Source: Heptranchias perlo
Taxonomy: Eukaryota
Length of the DNA: 64,000 nt
Reading direction: 5' to 3'
NCBI RefSeq assembly: GCF_035084215.1
Contig: NC_090332.1
Coordinates: 13,516,001-13,580,000 of the forward strand
Shown here: piece by piece, positions 25,692 through 37,689 of the stretch
Layout of the letters: each line of letters opens with the position of its first letter
Position numbering within the stretch: the stretch's first letter is position 1
Position numbers and translations under genes: made by a program
The notes under the pieces: generated by a model
Told to the model about the DNA's origin: nothing
What the model saw: only the letters and a program-made list of their open reading frames with translations
The model's database searches: none

Positions 25692-25802
25692 CATTCAACT
25701 GCATGTTTGTCATAAGAGTCAGACTATGCAACACAAGGCACCAAGTCCGCAGCGAGGTGTTTGGGTACCATGCCAACACTGTCAAGAGGCTAGATATTGA
25801 AG
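25692..25802 (-). CDS. BIRC6: BIRC6 coding exon 28
   Basis: cag|CT TCA...G|gtaagt; SISSLLTVLAWYPNTSLRTWCLVLHSLTLMTNMQLN; 111 nt. Confidence 0.93.
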
Positions 25803-26015
25803 CTGCCATTTAAACGAACAAACATATTTTCAGAAAGGCATTCAAAATTTACAGTATGCACAAGTTTGCATTGCCAGTAGGAAAGGAATCTCTTTATAAA
25901 TTATTCCATCTCATTTATCTTCAAGTTCATCAGCAAACACAATTCAGCAATCTTTACATATGTTTTTAAGGAAATGAAGGAAACAGCCATTACTTTTTGT
26001 AAAAAAGTGGCTCAC

Positions 26016-26142
26016 CTTGGTTTAAGGGGATTGTTGGTACTCTACTTGCATTAAATAAAAAAGCATCAGCTCCAGCATCTTCATTTCCAACAGAACAAGC
26101 ATTCATGCTCAATGTAAGCCATAACTGCAGTAATGATTCCAA
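26016..26142 (-). CDS. BIRC6: BIRC6 coding exon 27
   Basis: cag|TTG...G|gtgagc; LESLLQLWLTLSMNACSVGNEDAGADAFLFNASRVPTIPLNQ; 127 nt. Confidence 0.92.
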
Positions 26143-26231
26143 CTGAAATAAAATTTAAAATTGCATTAAAAAAAGGGGGAAAATGAAGAACCACAGACCA
26201 AGATCTAAGTGAAACAATTTGGATCCTATAC

Positions 26232-26377
26232 CTGAACATGATGAACCTGGAGCATTGAGAACAATTTGTTGAAGCATGCACTTAGCATAGGGATTGATGG
26301 CGGTGGCACAATCAGCTGACTAGACGAATGCAACCCTCTCAGCAAGGAGTCATCAGTTCCAGGAGGAGGCTGAGATA
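26232..26377 (-). CDS. BIRC6: BIRC6 coding exon 26
   Basis: tag|TA TCT...CAG|gtatag; SQPPPGTDDSLLRGLHSSSQLIVPPPSIPMLSACFNKLFSMLQVHHVQ; 146 nt. Confidence 0.92.
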
Positions 26378-27552
26378 CTAGAGTGAATAAATTAAACACA
26401 AGAATAAATATCCATTTATTGTGGTTTGTTTTGCCATTAAGACATTGAGCACCCTACAACTCAAGGCAGTCCCCAAATCTCTCTACCTGAAGTGAAATAC
26501 AATAGACAATCTACTTCTAACACTTACTTGAGCAACTGGATCACACTACAGGTTGACAGTAATTACACTCGATTTGTTAGCAGATTGTGATTCTACCACA
26601 AATAATTAGTTACTCTACTGCTAACATTCATCAAAATCTGGGGTTCTACCGCAGTCAAAGAACTAAATAAGTGAGACACAGCCTCCTGGGCCGTATCTCG
26701 CACTTCCAGGCTTTAGTGCACTCAGCAGTCTCCTGAGTTACATTACTTTTGCGTTGATGAGCATCCAAAATCACTTTGCAGTAACACACCCCAAGATATA
26801 CACAGTCTTAACAACAAGCTGCTTAACACTTTACCCAAAAGCAATTTCTAAAACAACTGAAATTGCTATAAGACACAGTTTCATGACGTTGCATTAAGTG
26901 CTGACTCCGAAGAATCCTTTACACTGAGATGCAAATATCACGAGCACATATTTTAAGAATGCAGTTATACTGGCACCTTTGCATTAATGCAAAGCAGTTT
27001 CCAGTGTACAGCAACACAAAAGTGTCATGATAACTCAACAGTCAGGTTCTAGCCAAACTCCAAGTGCACTAAACTCAAGCAGTGCGACTCACAGCATCTC
27101 CCAATCAAGTGACAAGGGATCTCCTGGAAATTTTCAAAACTTTACATGCAACCTGTTTTAATGTTAGGAGAAAGCAGGCACCCTGCAACCTTGCTCCCAC
27201 ATTAAAAGCTAGCTACCCAGGAAGAAAGCTCTGTGCATGCATCCAAGCATAGACATTGGTGGTTAAACTCAGCGTAACCTGCAGCAACGGGTAGCATTAC
27301 TCCAGTCTGACAACTGCACATCACACTTCAGAGTCAGATAGCTGCAGTCTAAGATAGGTACCAGGATAACAGCAATATTTAGAACACATCACAAAGCCAT
27401 TCCCACTTTGTGCACCAGTTTGCCAGCTGTAAAAAAAAATGCAACACTGTTCATACATTTGGCTGAGGTTTGAAAGTCTGCAAAGGTAACAGACAATAAC
27501 CAGAATTAGATATCACAAAAAACAAAGAATGGAAGATTTCAGTCGTTTCAAT

Positions 27553-27803
27553 TGATGCCAGGAAGCACTTCTTCATACTGGGGGGATTGGAAATCTGGAA
27601 CACACTTCTCCAAAAAGCTGTTGAGACTGGGTCAATGGAAAATTTCAAAACCAAGATCAATAGATTTTTGTTAGGTAAGGGTACTAAGGGGTATGGAACC
27701 AATGCGGGTAGATAGGGTTGAGGTAAAGATCAGCCATGATCTAATTGAATGGCGGATCAGGCTCGAGGGGCTGAATGGCCTACTTCTACTCCCATTTTCC
27801 TAT
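27553..27803 (+). mobile_element. CR1 LINE 3' tail
   Basis: aggaagcacttcttc..gatcagccatgatctaattgaatggcggatcaggctcgaggggctgaatggcctac. Confidence 0.8.
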
Positions 27804-27852
27804 AAATTTAGTACTTTGCTCTAGAGATTTGAGCATCTCTCCATCCATCTAC

Positions 27853-27969
27853 CTGTTGGTGATGTATTAGTGAGAGCCTGAAGAATAGAATCAGCTTCCA
27901 GTGTAGCCATCATCTTCAACATGAGCTCGGCTTGCTGCTCCAAACCAACCTCCAGACGGGCATCCAGCG
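27853..27969 (-). CDS. BIRC6: BIRC6 coding exon 25
   Basis: cag|CG CTG...G|gtagat; LDARLEVGLEQQAELMLKMMATLEADSILQALTNTSPT; 117 nt. Confidence 0.94.
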
Positions 27970-28065
27970 CTGCACCACAAACAGAACCAAGGAAAGTTAC
28001 TTTCTTTTTCTGCTAGCTTGCAGCATCAGAATGTAAAAAAAAAACTACTTGTGAAAAATACAAAC

Positions 28066-28219
28066 CTTGAGACACGGAAACAGATACACTTTGAGATCCA
28101 TTCTTCTCGCTGGCAGGGGGTGGTTTTGGCATCTGAATTCCAACGCCACCAATATAAGGATTGTAACTGTAAGTGCCATAGTCGGTACCCCAATAGTCAT
28201 ACCAAGTACTGCTAATAGG
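28066..28219 (-). CDS. BIRC6: BIRC6 coding exon 24
   Basis: aag|CCT...G|gtttgt; PISSTWYDYWGTDYGTYSYNPYIGGVGIQMPKPPPASEKNGSQSVSVSVSQ; 154 nt. Confidence 0.94.
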
Positions 28220-28953
28220 CTTTTGTGAATAAAAAATAAAATGTTGAACAGCAACACTGATTTGTTTAATGCTCATTCTGCTACTTCCAACATTTTACTC
28301 AAAACTATAGCATAATTCATTAAATTTAAACATTCTGTGGATTCATGAATTAAAACTAAAAACTATGCTGGTATCTAATAGATGAAGGCTAAAATAAAGC
28401 AAATCCATAACTGTTATACAAATGGTCCAATTGAGATGACCCAAGTTGACTTTATTCTGTAGAGTTCCTTAAATTATGTTGTCTTGGGCTGCTAAATACA
28501 AATGTAGTCCACACTTATAAAAACCATTAAACATTCTACACATATACACCAATTCCAAAAAAAAACCTAAAGCATAAGACTGGTAAAACAGAGAATGAAT
28601 GCATTTACAAGTACTCTGATGGCCAATAAAGCTCCGTATTGGTTCATTTTAGATTTTCTGTAATACCAATTTAATTTTTTTTTAAAAAACCTTCTGCATT
28701 AGCAATATGTTTCAGAGTCTTTCTGTGTTTACAACAGTATGACGCACTCTTGAGTTTCAAGTCTTCTTAGGCTTGATTTTGACAACTTACAAGAAAAATG
28801 GGAGGGATAAGGGGAGGATAGGGTTACAAAAGAAAAACCTCATACTAAGAATACTGCCCAAGGCAACACAATGAAAGTCAATTTTGCCAACATTAACCAG
28901 AACAAAAATTAGTTTTGCATGCAAAGATAAAATTTAAATTGTGCATACTATAC

Positions 28954-29087
28954 CTTGAACACTTTGGCAGCAAGGGGATCTTCATCAAAGTCAACATCTA
29001 GGGGACCAATATCAACATCCATGAGGTCTTGTAGCATGTCAAAGTCTTTGTCTTTATCTTTTTCCAAAGATGATGCAGATGGAGCAC
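28954..29087 (-). CDS. BIRC6: BIRC6 coding exon 23
   Basis: aag|GT GCT...AAG|gtatag; APSASSLEKDKDKDFDMLQDLMDVDIGPLDVDFDEDPLAAKVFK; 134 nt. Confidence 0.92.
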
Positions 29088-29277
29088 CTTTGGATGATAA
29101 AAACAGCTTTAACATTGCCAAGTATGTTAACTAATGTATGGAAATGGACCATATACACTCACCAGGCAATTTTAAGGCTGTGCTTTTTTTTTATATATAA
29201 AAAGACAGTACAGCATATTCTTTAAAATTAATAAAAGGACAACCTAGTCACTGCTTTTCTCCTTACAAGTCACTTAC

Positions 29278-29436
29278 CTGTAATATCCGGGGTCAGAGGC
29301 TCATCTATAGATTCCACAAGTGGAATTACAGACGGCTGTGGTAGGGAATCATCAGACTCAGCTATTGATGCTCCTGCATCTTCACCAACAGCTCCTTCTT
29401 CCATGGTCTCTACAACTACTGGTGACAACAGCTCAC
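29278..29436 (-). CDS. BIRC6: BIRC6 coding exon 22
   Basis: cag|GT GAG...G|gtaagt; ELLSPVVVETMEEGAVGEDAGASIAESDDSLPQPSVIPLVESIDEPLTPDIT; 159 nt. Confidence 0.92.
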
Positions 29437-30097
29437 CTGTTTCCAGTTTAAAGGAAAAACGTTAGCAGTAGGTGGTAACTTTTAAACAAAATATTTAAAT
29501 ACGTGCTGCCTGCTCACTGTACACAAAAGATCAACAAAAACCTGCAACACTTCAGCTGAAATTGAAGAAACAGAAAAATTCAAATGCTGTAAGTCAGAAA
29601 TAAAAACAAATTGATAACCATTGTGAAAGACGGGCCAGCACTCTGAAGGGTATTTCAATTTCATGGGCTGTTGCATATTTCCCATAAGTTTGGCTAGTAT
29701 GAAGTAGTACATCACATCAATATATCACATCGTACTTGTAAGCATTAATAAGCAATAATTAAATTAATTCACTAACATATCTGCTTACAGAAATGGGTGG
29801 ACAAAATTTGGCAATCCAGACATTTACTGTCATTAGGTCTCAGTTTACTTACAATGTAAATGTTTAACAGGTGTGTAAAAGAAAAAACTCTACCCAACAG
29901 CATCCAGGTTAGTTCTATAAATCTAACCAACAGTCCAGCATAATGACTATTTGCATAATTTGACAAATAGGTTTATATTAACTGGTGTGAACGTGTGACA
30001 TTGCCAACTGGTGTCGAGATTAGCAAAGACTCAAAGACCAATCAGATCCAGCCAAAAGTCTACATTGGGTCATTCACTGAAAAAAACAATTAAGACT

Positions 30098-30300
30098 GGA
30101 ATAAAAATAGAAACTGCTGGAAACAGTCAATGTTTCAGGTTGATAACCTTATCAGAACTGGAATTGGCATTCTGTTGAAAGGCAATCGACCTGAGATATT
30201 AACTTTGTTTCTCTCTCCACAGATGCTGCCTGACCTGAATGTTTCCAGCATTTTCTGTTTTTATTTCAGATTTCCAGCATCCAGTATTTTGCTCTTTTTA
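30098..30300. mobile_element. Penelope-like-element-derived short inverted repeat with degenerate hammerhead-like motifs
   Basis: Inverted arms aataaaaatagaaactgctggaaac / gtttccagcattttctgtttttatt; flanking direct repeat aattaagact (30088-30097, 30307-30316). Confidence 0.6.
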
Positions 30301-30385
30301 AAAAAAAATTAAGACTAGAATTTGTTAAAGAAAAAGTTGGGAGAGAGAAAAATGCATGAAGAGAGTATGAGACGGAGAGAAAAAA

Positions 30386-30423
30386 GGTGGGGGTGGGGGT
30401 GGGGGGGGGGGGGGGGAGGGGGA
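30386..30423 (+). repeat. G-rich low-complexity tract
   Basis: ggtgggggtgggggtggggggggggggggggaggggg. Confidence 0.8.
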
Positions 30424-30765
30424 GTGAGGGAGGACAGTGAATATGAGCGTGGAGAGAAAAAATGGGGGGAGAGGCAGGGAAGAAGTAAAAAGAGAGCCAG
30501 TAGGTATAAATTGGGAGACAGCAAAGATTCCAATTCTGATCATGACATGCCAAATACTGGCCCACCTTTAGCAGGAGAAAAACAAATATATATTACACGT
30601 AATATGTGTGTGACTATACACATCCCCACACATATGCACAGCAGTAAAACTAATCTTTTGTGCATCGTTTCAACACTGTTCACACACAAATATTTAGTAC
30701 AGAAGAACACTTTGGATGCAATTTTTAAGGAGAAAACACTTATGGTATAATTTCTTCCTTCCTAC

Positions 30766-30949
30766 CTGCCAATATATCTTGAATCATGCAGGTCAAAGAA
30801 TATTGTGCCCATGCTCCACCCCAGGAGATGTCGCCCCTGTTGAAGTCTGTTCCTACCAGCAGAAGCAGAAGTCTTTCTAGCTGCTGCTCATTAACTATTT
30901 CACAAAGATGAATCGTTGGCCTTGTAGCATTTGCAATACGTGCCAGAAC
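30766..30949 (-). CDS. BIRC6: BIRC6 coding exon 21
   Basis: tag|GTT...G|gtagga; VLARIANATRPTIHLCEIVNEQQLERLLLLLVGTDFNRGDISWGGAWAQYSLTCMIQDILA; 184 nt. Confidence 0.94.
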
Positions 30950-31544
30950 CTACCAAGAAAGTTCAGAAATTCATTTATTGCCACCATTTAATGTCCGCGG
31001 CAAAGAGCCCGCTATTTGAGTCAGTCCATTTACAGATAGCAAGTACATTACCTCACGTACATTTTCTAAAAGTCCAGTACTAAATCAAGAAAAGGAAATA
31101 AACTCACTTAAAAATGCAAATCTCCTGTGAAGAACAGCATAGCTGCAACCAGTGACTATTCCTGCTCTGCTGTTCTTTAGCTCTTTATCACAGCCCTACA
31201 TACAGAGATTCAACCAGATAAACGAAAGAGAAAAGTATTACACTGGCCTTGCAAACAACTTGCTGAATTTTAAAACTTGGATGGAGTGGCAAGTCCTATT
31301 CATCAATCTATAGCATGCTCAGTCCCACTTATTAAACGGTATACCATACGTACATGTTTTTTTTTAAAAAACCATGCACACCATAACAGCAGTACCAAAT
31401 GCGATTGTAGAACTTTGGCATGGTTTTACATCCAGGAAAAGCTATGACATATTAGCCACTTAACCATACGCGATAGAAGGTTAACTAAAAAGGAATAAAA
31501 AGACAAAGAAATAAGGTGCACACACATGAATCAAAAGCTAAAAA

Positions 31545-31950
31545 GCCTCATTAACAAGCTGCCAGTCCACTTCCTGCTGGAGTAGGTGGAAAGCAGCTGC
31601 CACCCTTGGCCCCATCAGCATTAAGGTAGGTGCGGGAATGGGATTGCAGGAGGGTCTCGTGGGGAGGGGGAATGGGAGAAAGAAAAAAAGTGAGGCAGGG
31701 AAGGCCATGACTTTCCTTGTGGTGCCCGGAGGAGCACTCACTCTCTTCTGGCCCCACAAAGAGAAAAAACCGTACCTGTTTGGGCCTCATGTTTCTGGCA
31801 CGCTCTGGTTCTCTTCAGCCTGGCAGAAAAACCGCCACAACTACTCTGCTCAGGCCAGAGTTAAAATTGCAATTTGGAGCCCGATGACTTTATTGGAAGT
31901 TATTGACATTATGTAAAGAAGGACCCTACAAGCTTTAGGCAGGCAGCTTA
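31545..31950. mobile_element. GC-rich MITE-like remnant
   Basis: ggaggagcactcactctcttctggcccca and gagttaaaattg motifs similar to the 6970-7329 and 9279-9639 elements. Confidence 0.35.
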
Positions 31951-32124
31951 GCATTTCCAGCATTTTCTATTTATTCTTGGAGTACAGGGCCCAGCTCTGG
32001 TCACCGAGACACAAGGGAAACAGTCAAGCACTGGAGGCAGAGCAGAGAAGTGCCATGGACTGATCCCTAGAGTTACACGTGAGTTCGGAGGAAAGACTAA
32101 AGCAAGTTTTGCTTTTCAGCCCAG

Positions 32125-32460
32125 AAAGCAAGCCTCTGACAGGTGATTTTATAGAGCTATACCCCAAGTTAAGGGCATGGAAAAGATAAATCCATAATAT
32201 TACTTCAAAATAAATTGAGACACTAGACAAGGGGACATAAGTTCAAACTGGTGATATTAGAAAATTCTTCACACAGTGTGATCAATGCAGAATGGACTCC
32301 TGGATAGAATAGCAGAGGCAACAATTCTGCATTTATTTAATAAGCAATTGGATACTGAAATGGTGGTGGTGGTGGGGGTGGGGGGAGCTGTAGGTGCTTC
32401 TGAGTGGATGAATTCAGATGTGCCAAATGGCCACCTTCATCTGTAATTATCATGATCATG
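32125..32460 (+). mobile_element. CR1 LINE 3' remnant (old)
   Basis: aggtgattttatagag..ctagacaaggggacataagttcaaac..ttcttcacacag. Confidence 0.6.
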
Positions 32461-32789
32461 TGAACATTTTATGAGGGAGCACAACTGTCAAAATGATGCA
32501 TTTTGCTGAGCAATTATTTGAGCGGCCACAGGTAAACATAGGTTTATAAAAAAATTTCTCTGCTCAAAGAATATTTCTCACTTCCACAAATTGCAAAATA
32601 GGTCCTCAAAAACTGTTCAAACTCAAGTTATAAATACCTTTCCTTGCAATTTACATTAAAAATTGTCATGTAACGCTTAAATTGCACTTGCAATCATCAC
32701 TGCCAAGTAGCACTGAAGCATTCAAATAGTGAAAAGGGCTTTGCATAATTAAGGATTTGGGTTTTTTGTAACAATTTTCTCCCATCCTC

Positions 32790-33085
32790 TCCTCATACAA
32801 ACATACAATTCCACAGGCATCACCACCCTCTGGTATCTTGCACAAGTGTCCAATCGGGTGAGCCTAAATGGCATCTGCAGGCTATTCACCTACAAAAGAC
32901 ATCACATCAAGCCCAATTCTGTCCACATGGATGACCTTGTTGGGGGGGCGGTGGGGGTCACTAAGTAACGATTACAGAGTAGGAACTCTGGCTGATTTTT
33001 CCTTCTTAGCCTAGGGACCAATGCTGACTACTGCCCTGGCTAAGATCAGAAAACTAAGCACAGACCAAAAATAAAACTGGAGCCA
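32790..33085 (-). mobile_element. tRNA-derived SINE (family 'B'), antisense
   Basis: gtgagcctaaatgg..caggctatt..atcacatcaagcccaattctgtcc..ctaagcacagacc is the reverse complement of the family B body. Confidence 0.55.
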
Positions 33086-33242
33086 CCCACACCATCACAG
33101 AGAAGCTCAGTTAAGCAATGTGTGGGGGGAATTGGATTTTCAACACATCAAGTTTACACAATTCAGATGTGCTTTTTACATCAACATCCTTCGTCTTGCA
33201 GCACATTTACATCAGGATAATTTAAACACCCTCAACTCCACT

Positions 33243-34355
33243 CATAAGAACATAAGAAATAGGAGCAGAAGTAGGCCATACGGCCCCTCGAGCCTGTTCC
33301 ATCATTCAATAAGATCATGGCTGATCTTCAACCTCGACTCCACTTTCTCCCTCGATTCCCCTAGAGTCCAAAAATCTATTGATCTCAGCCTTGAATATAT
33401 TCAATGACTCAGCATCCACAGCCCTCTGGGGTAGAGAATTCCAAAGGTTCATAACCCTCAGTGAAGAAATTCCTCCTCCTCTCAGTCTTAAATGGCCGAC
33501 CCCTTATCCTGATACTATGCCCCCTAGTTCTAGACTCTCCAGCCGGGGGAAAACAACCTCTCAGCATCCACCCTGTCAAGCCCCCTCAGAATCTTATATG
33601 TTTCAATGAGATCACCTCTCATTCTTCTAAACTCCAGAGTAGAGGCTCAGTCTACTCAATCTCTCTTCATAGGACAATGTTCTCATCCCAGAAATCAATC
33701 TAGTGAACTTCCGTTGCACTGCCTCTAAGGCAAGTTTATCCTTCCTTAGATAAGACCACCAAAACTGTACACAGTACTCCAGGTGAAGTCTCACCAAAGT
33801 CCTGTACAATGGTAGTAAGACTTCCTTACTCTTCCGTACTCCAACCACCTTGCGATAAAGGCCAACATGCCATTTGCTTTCCTAATTTACTGCTGTACCT
33901 TAATGCTAACTTTTTGCGTTTCTTGTACCAGGACACCCAAGTCTCTCCGGACACCAACATTTAATAGTTTCGTGCCATTTAAAAAATATTCTGATTTTCT
34001 ATTCTTCCTACCAAAGTGAATAAACTCACATTTCCCCACATTATACTCCATCTGCCACCTTCTTGCCCATTCACTTAATCTATCTATATCCCTTTGCAGA
34101 TTCTTTATGTACTTCTCACAGCTTACTGTCCCACCTAACTTTGTATTGTCAGCAAAATTGGATACATTACACTCGGTCCCTTCATCCAAGTCATTAATAG
34201 AGATTGTAAATAGCTGAGACCCAAGCACCGATCCTTGCGGCACCCCATTAGTTACAGCCTGCCAACCTGAAAATGACCCGTTTATCCCTACTCTGTTTTC
34301 TACCTGTTAACCGATCCTCTATCCAGGCTAATATGTTACCCCTAACCCCATAAGC
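33243..34355 (-). mobile_element. CR1 LINE 3' fragment with RT domain C-terminal half
   Basis: PQGSVLGSQLFTISINDLDEGTECNVSNFADNTKLGG; tail cataagaacataagaa (antisense). Confidence 0.9.
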
Positions 34356-34539
34356 CCTTCCACTACTTCTCAAATATTTAGACTGATTTCACCTCTACCC
34401 TCTCAATGCTTGTTGTGACTACAAAACAATTGACTTCTTCCTGTAATCAGTCGTTGCACTTCTTTGGGTTGTAGGTGTGAGTGAAAAGGATCATTCCTGC
34501 TTTCCATACGTCTGTCTGATATATTGGACAGAGCTTAAA

Positions 34540-35545
34540 GCCTTAAAATTGGCTTAATTGAGGGAGGTCAGTGATGAAAGAGAGTTATTAGCCATATATT
34601 TTTCTGAAAATTCTTTGGAAATCGAAAATTGTATCAAATAACACAAACAGGAGAAATTATGCACCCATGCTTAGAAAGGGGAAAGTAATGTCAGGCAATC
34701 ATATACCAGTTAGCCTCACATCAATTAGGAAAACGGCTGGGACCATAATAAAAGGGGTATCAATCGTTAGCACTTAGAAAAGTAGGCCCTAATCAGAGAC
34801 AACAAACGTGGAATTGTAAAAGACAATTCATGTCTGGATAACTTAGTTCAATTCTTCAAGGAAGTTATCAAGCATATATAATGAATGCCTTGGATGTGAT
34901 ATATCAAGACTTTCAAAAAAACATTTGATAAAGTGGCACATAAGAGACGGATTATGGCTCACAGTAGTAAAAGTAAAGCAGTAGTCTAGATTGAGGACAG
35001 AACATAGAGAGTAGGAGTAAATGAATGCTTCTCAAATTGGCAATGTGTAGTTAGTTGTGTGCCTCAGATATTTGTTGAGGCCTCTCGTTCTACATATCAA
35101 AGTTTGTTGACAAAGGCATACTGTATGAATGCAGGAAACTGCGGGAGGATAGACACACTAGGGTGATGGGTAAATGTGGCATTTGAGTTCAAATGTCTAG
35201 GGATTTTAAAAAAATGGAGAATGGAAAAATACTTTAAATTGTAACATTCTCAGGGGAGTGAAACAGATGTAGGAATGCTGACAAATTTTTAAAAGGACAA
35301 ATGGGATTTGGGTAGAAGAATTTTGTCTTCATACAAAGTGTTATTAGAATATAGAATGCATTACAACAGATGGCTAATGAAACAGAATCAATCGTGACAT
35401 TAAGAGGAAGTTAAATAAAATGCTGGAGAAAGTTAAAAGCTATACGAGGAAAGAGCAAGGAAATAGGATTAGATACCTCTGACAGAGGAACTAGTTATCA
35501 CCTCCCAGACACAATAGGCCAAATGAGCTTTCTGTGCAGACATTT
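34540..35545 (+). mobile_element. CR1 LINE remnant (old, deleted)
   Basis: ccagttagcctcacatca (PVSLTS), gactttcaaaaaacatttgataaagtggcacat (DFQKxFDKVxH), gtgcctcag. Confidence 0.7.
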
Positions 35546-36569
35546 CCAAGATGCCATGATACTTTTAGGAGACTTTTTTTTGTTCAAGTGTGCAAAGTAT
35601 GAAAGTTTACCCTCCATCCCAGAAAAAGGCTGCAATAGAACACAGTGGTCCTCATCACAAAAGGGGTGGCATCTGAACTGGGTGACAATGTTAAACAAGC
35701 AGCTGCACTTTTATCATAACTAAAATACTTCCCTTGTTCACCTATTTTACTTGATATTTACATTGAGGTTTTCCCAAATAGGGTGGTCACAACCCTCCTC
35801 CCCCCCCCCCCCAACCCCGCCACCATTAATAGAATGACACTATTTGACAATTCGTTTTTTAAACTGCTGTCTATTTTGAAATTACATTACTTTTCAGCAG
35901 AGTTCCAATATAATTGAGAATTTTATCTTTTACTTTCACAAATCTCTGCAAAAGATTTTGCCCTTCAGATTTCCACACAAATATTTTGTAGACTGACCAA
36001 TATCTTCAACTTTTCCTTGATTCTAGAAACTGCTTAAATTGTACTGTTGTTGTAAAGGTTCGATAATTTTAGTCCCTCTCACTCAAAACCTGTCCCACTC
36101 CCACAGGGAAGCCTTCAACAAAATAAAACCCTTCCCTGTAGGAAGCAGCTAAAGCCACCATGAGCTCTTTGTTTCTCTGCACTCTATTGGACCAGTCATC
36201 CAACTGGGCCTCAGGGACTTCAATTGTTCTTTATATTCCACCCACCCACACCCCCCCCTCAAAAAAAAAACACTGTTGCATCAATTTTATGAAATCCAAG
36301 TTTGCCAGCAAGCCTAAACAGAATCTATCGACTTCAAATGCTAATATCAGCACTGTAGAAACAATATCCTTAGATTTACCCAAAGTATCAGATTACAGCT
36401 ACCATTTTGTACAAGTTACACAGATTTGCACCATTTCTCTGGAACATTTCAGTTTTAAGTACTTAAAAAAAATTAGCTGCCTCTATTGTTAACATCTGGT
36501 ACTTTTTAGCATGGTGCTTTTTTTCCCCGCAATTTAGAGTGTGAGTTTGAGTCAGCAAAGCATAATGAG

Positions 36570-36890
36570 ATATTTTGAGTTATGAGAAAAGACTAGAAAA
36601 ACAGGGATCCTTTTCATCAGAACAGATAAAGTTAAGAGATCTGATGAGATGTTCAAAATTATTAATGGTTTTGATAGTTGCTAACTGAAAGGCATAAATT
36701 TAAAACCACCAGCAAAAGAACAAAAGAGGTTAGGAGAATTTTTTTTTAAAAATGCAGTTATTTGGAGGGAATTGGTAAACAAACATCTGAAAAAGAAAAA
36801 TTGAAAAGGGTAGAGGAACAGGACTAAATAGTTAACTCTTTGAGAGCCAGCGCAGGTGCGATAGGCCTTTTGTGCTGTAAAATTCTATAA
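36570..36890 (+). mobile_element. CR1 LINE 3' remnant (old)
   Basis: agttatgagaaaagactagaaaa..gagatctgat..ttttgtgctgtaaaattctata. Confidence 0.6.
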
Positions 36891-37187
36891 TCCACTGAAT
36901 CCTGATTACTTCACCTCCCTCAAATGTAGTAATTTTATAACTTGCACATCATTATTTATACAAATGGTAGTGCATTAATGGTAGTAAAAAAGTTCAGGTC
37001 TAACCGAGTTCATGAACTTCAGCATAGGACATCTGAATGCCAATTATGTAACCATGCCTTCTAACACTCCAGTAACCATCACTTTAGGAACTTTCTTTGG
37101 CCGTTTATAAATGAGAGAAAACATTTGGAGAAACGTTTTCATTTGAGCAGATAAGTTACAAAGGCAAGGACACACATATACACTCAC

Positions 37188-37403
37188 CTTACAGACAAAG
37201 AGCAGCAGATCTGCATGACAGGTAAAATCCATGGACAGAAGAAAAAGCGCAAGCTTCTGCACCACAGCAATGCAGCGGTCATGGGATAAAGTAAACGGGA
37301 GTGGCTCCACCTCGGGGGAGTCTTTTGTTGAGGACGATTCTGAATCTAAAGTAGTGCGAGGCCACTCTGCAGTCCGGCGTAGACGAATAAGGTCTTTGAA
37401 GTG
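37188..37403 (-). CDS. BIRC6: BIRC6 coding exon 20
   Basis: tag|CAC...AAG|gtgagt; HFKDLIRLRRTAEWPRTTLDSE...FTCHADLLLFVCK; 216 nt. Confidence 0.95.
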
Positions 37404-37689
37404 CTAGTGTAGGATTGAAGTTAGGATAAAATGCAATTAACTTGGTCAACTAACTAATTCCCACTATCTGAATTTACACACATGCAATTAACATTCAGAA
37501 AAAACTAAAACAGAAATCTGAATTTCTGTTCACTGGGAGGAAAAACTAGAGATAGGTATACTAAGTGAAAACAAAACTGTTCAATTTCCATAACTATTAG
37601 AGACTAAAATAGCCCAAGCAACATCTCAGTTAACAGTGCATTCATTGGCAGAGCAGACCTCTAGTAATAATCAAATTAAAAGATCAACC

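Noticed and set aside
30266-30750. ORFs of 72-142 aa on both strands
   Set aside because: Produced by purine-rich and poly-G low-complexity sequence (poly-Gly/poly-Pro); no coding signature.
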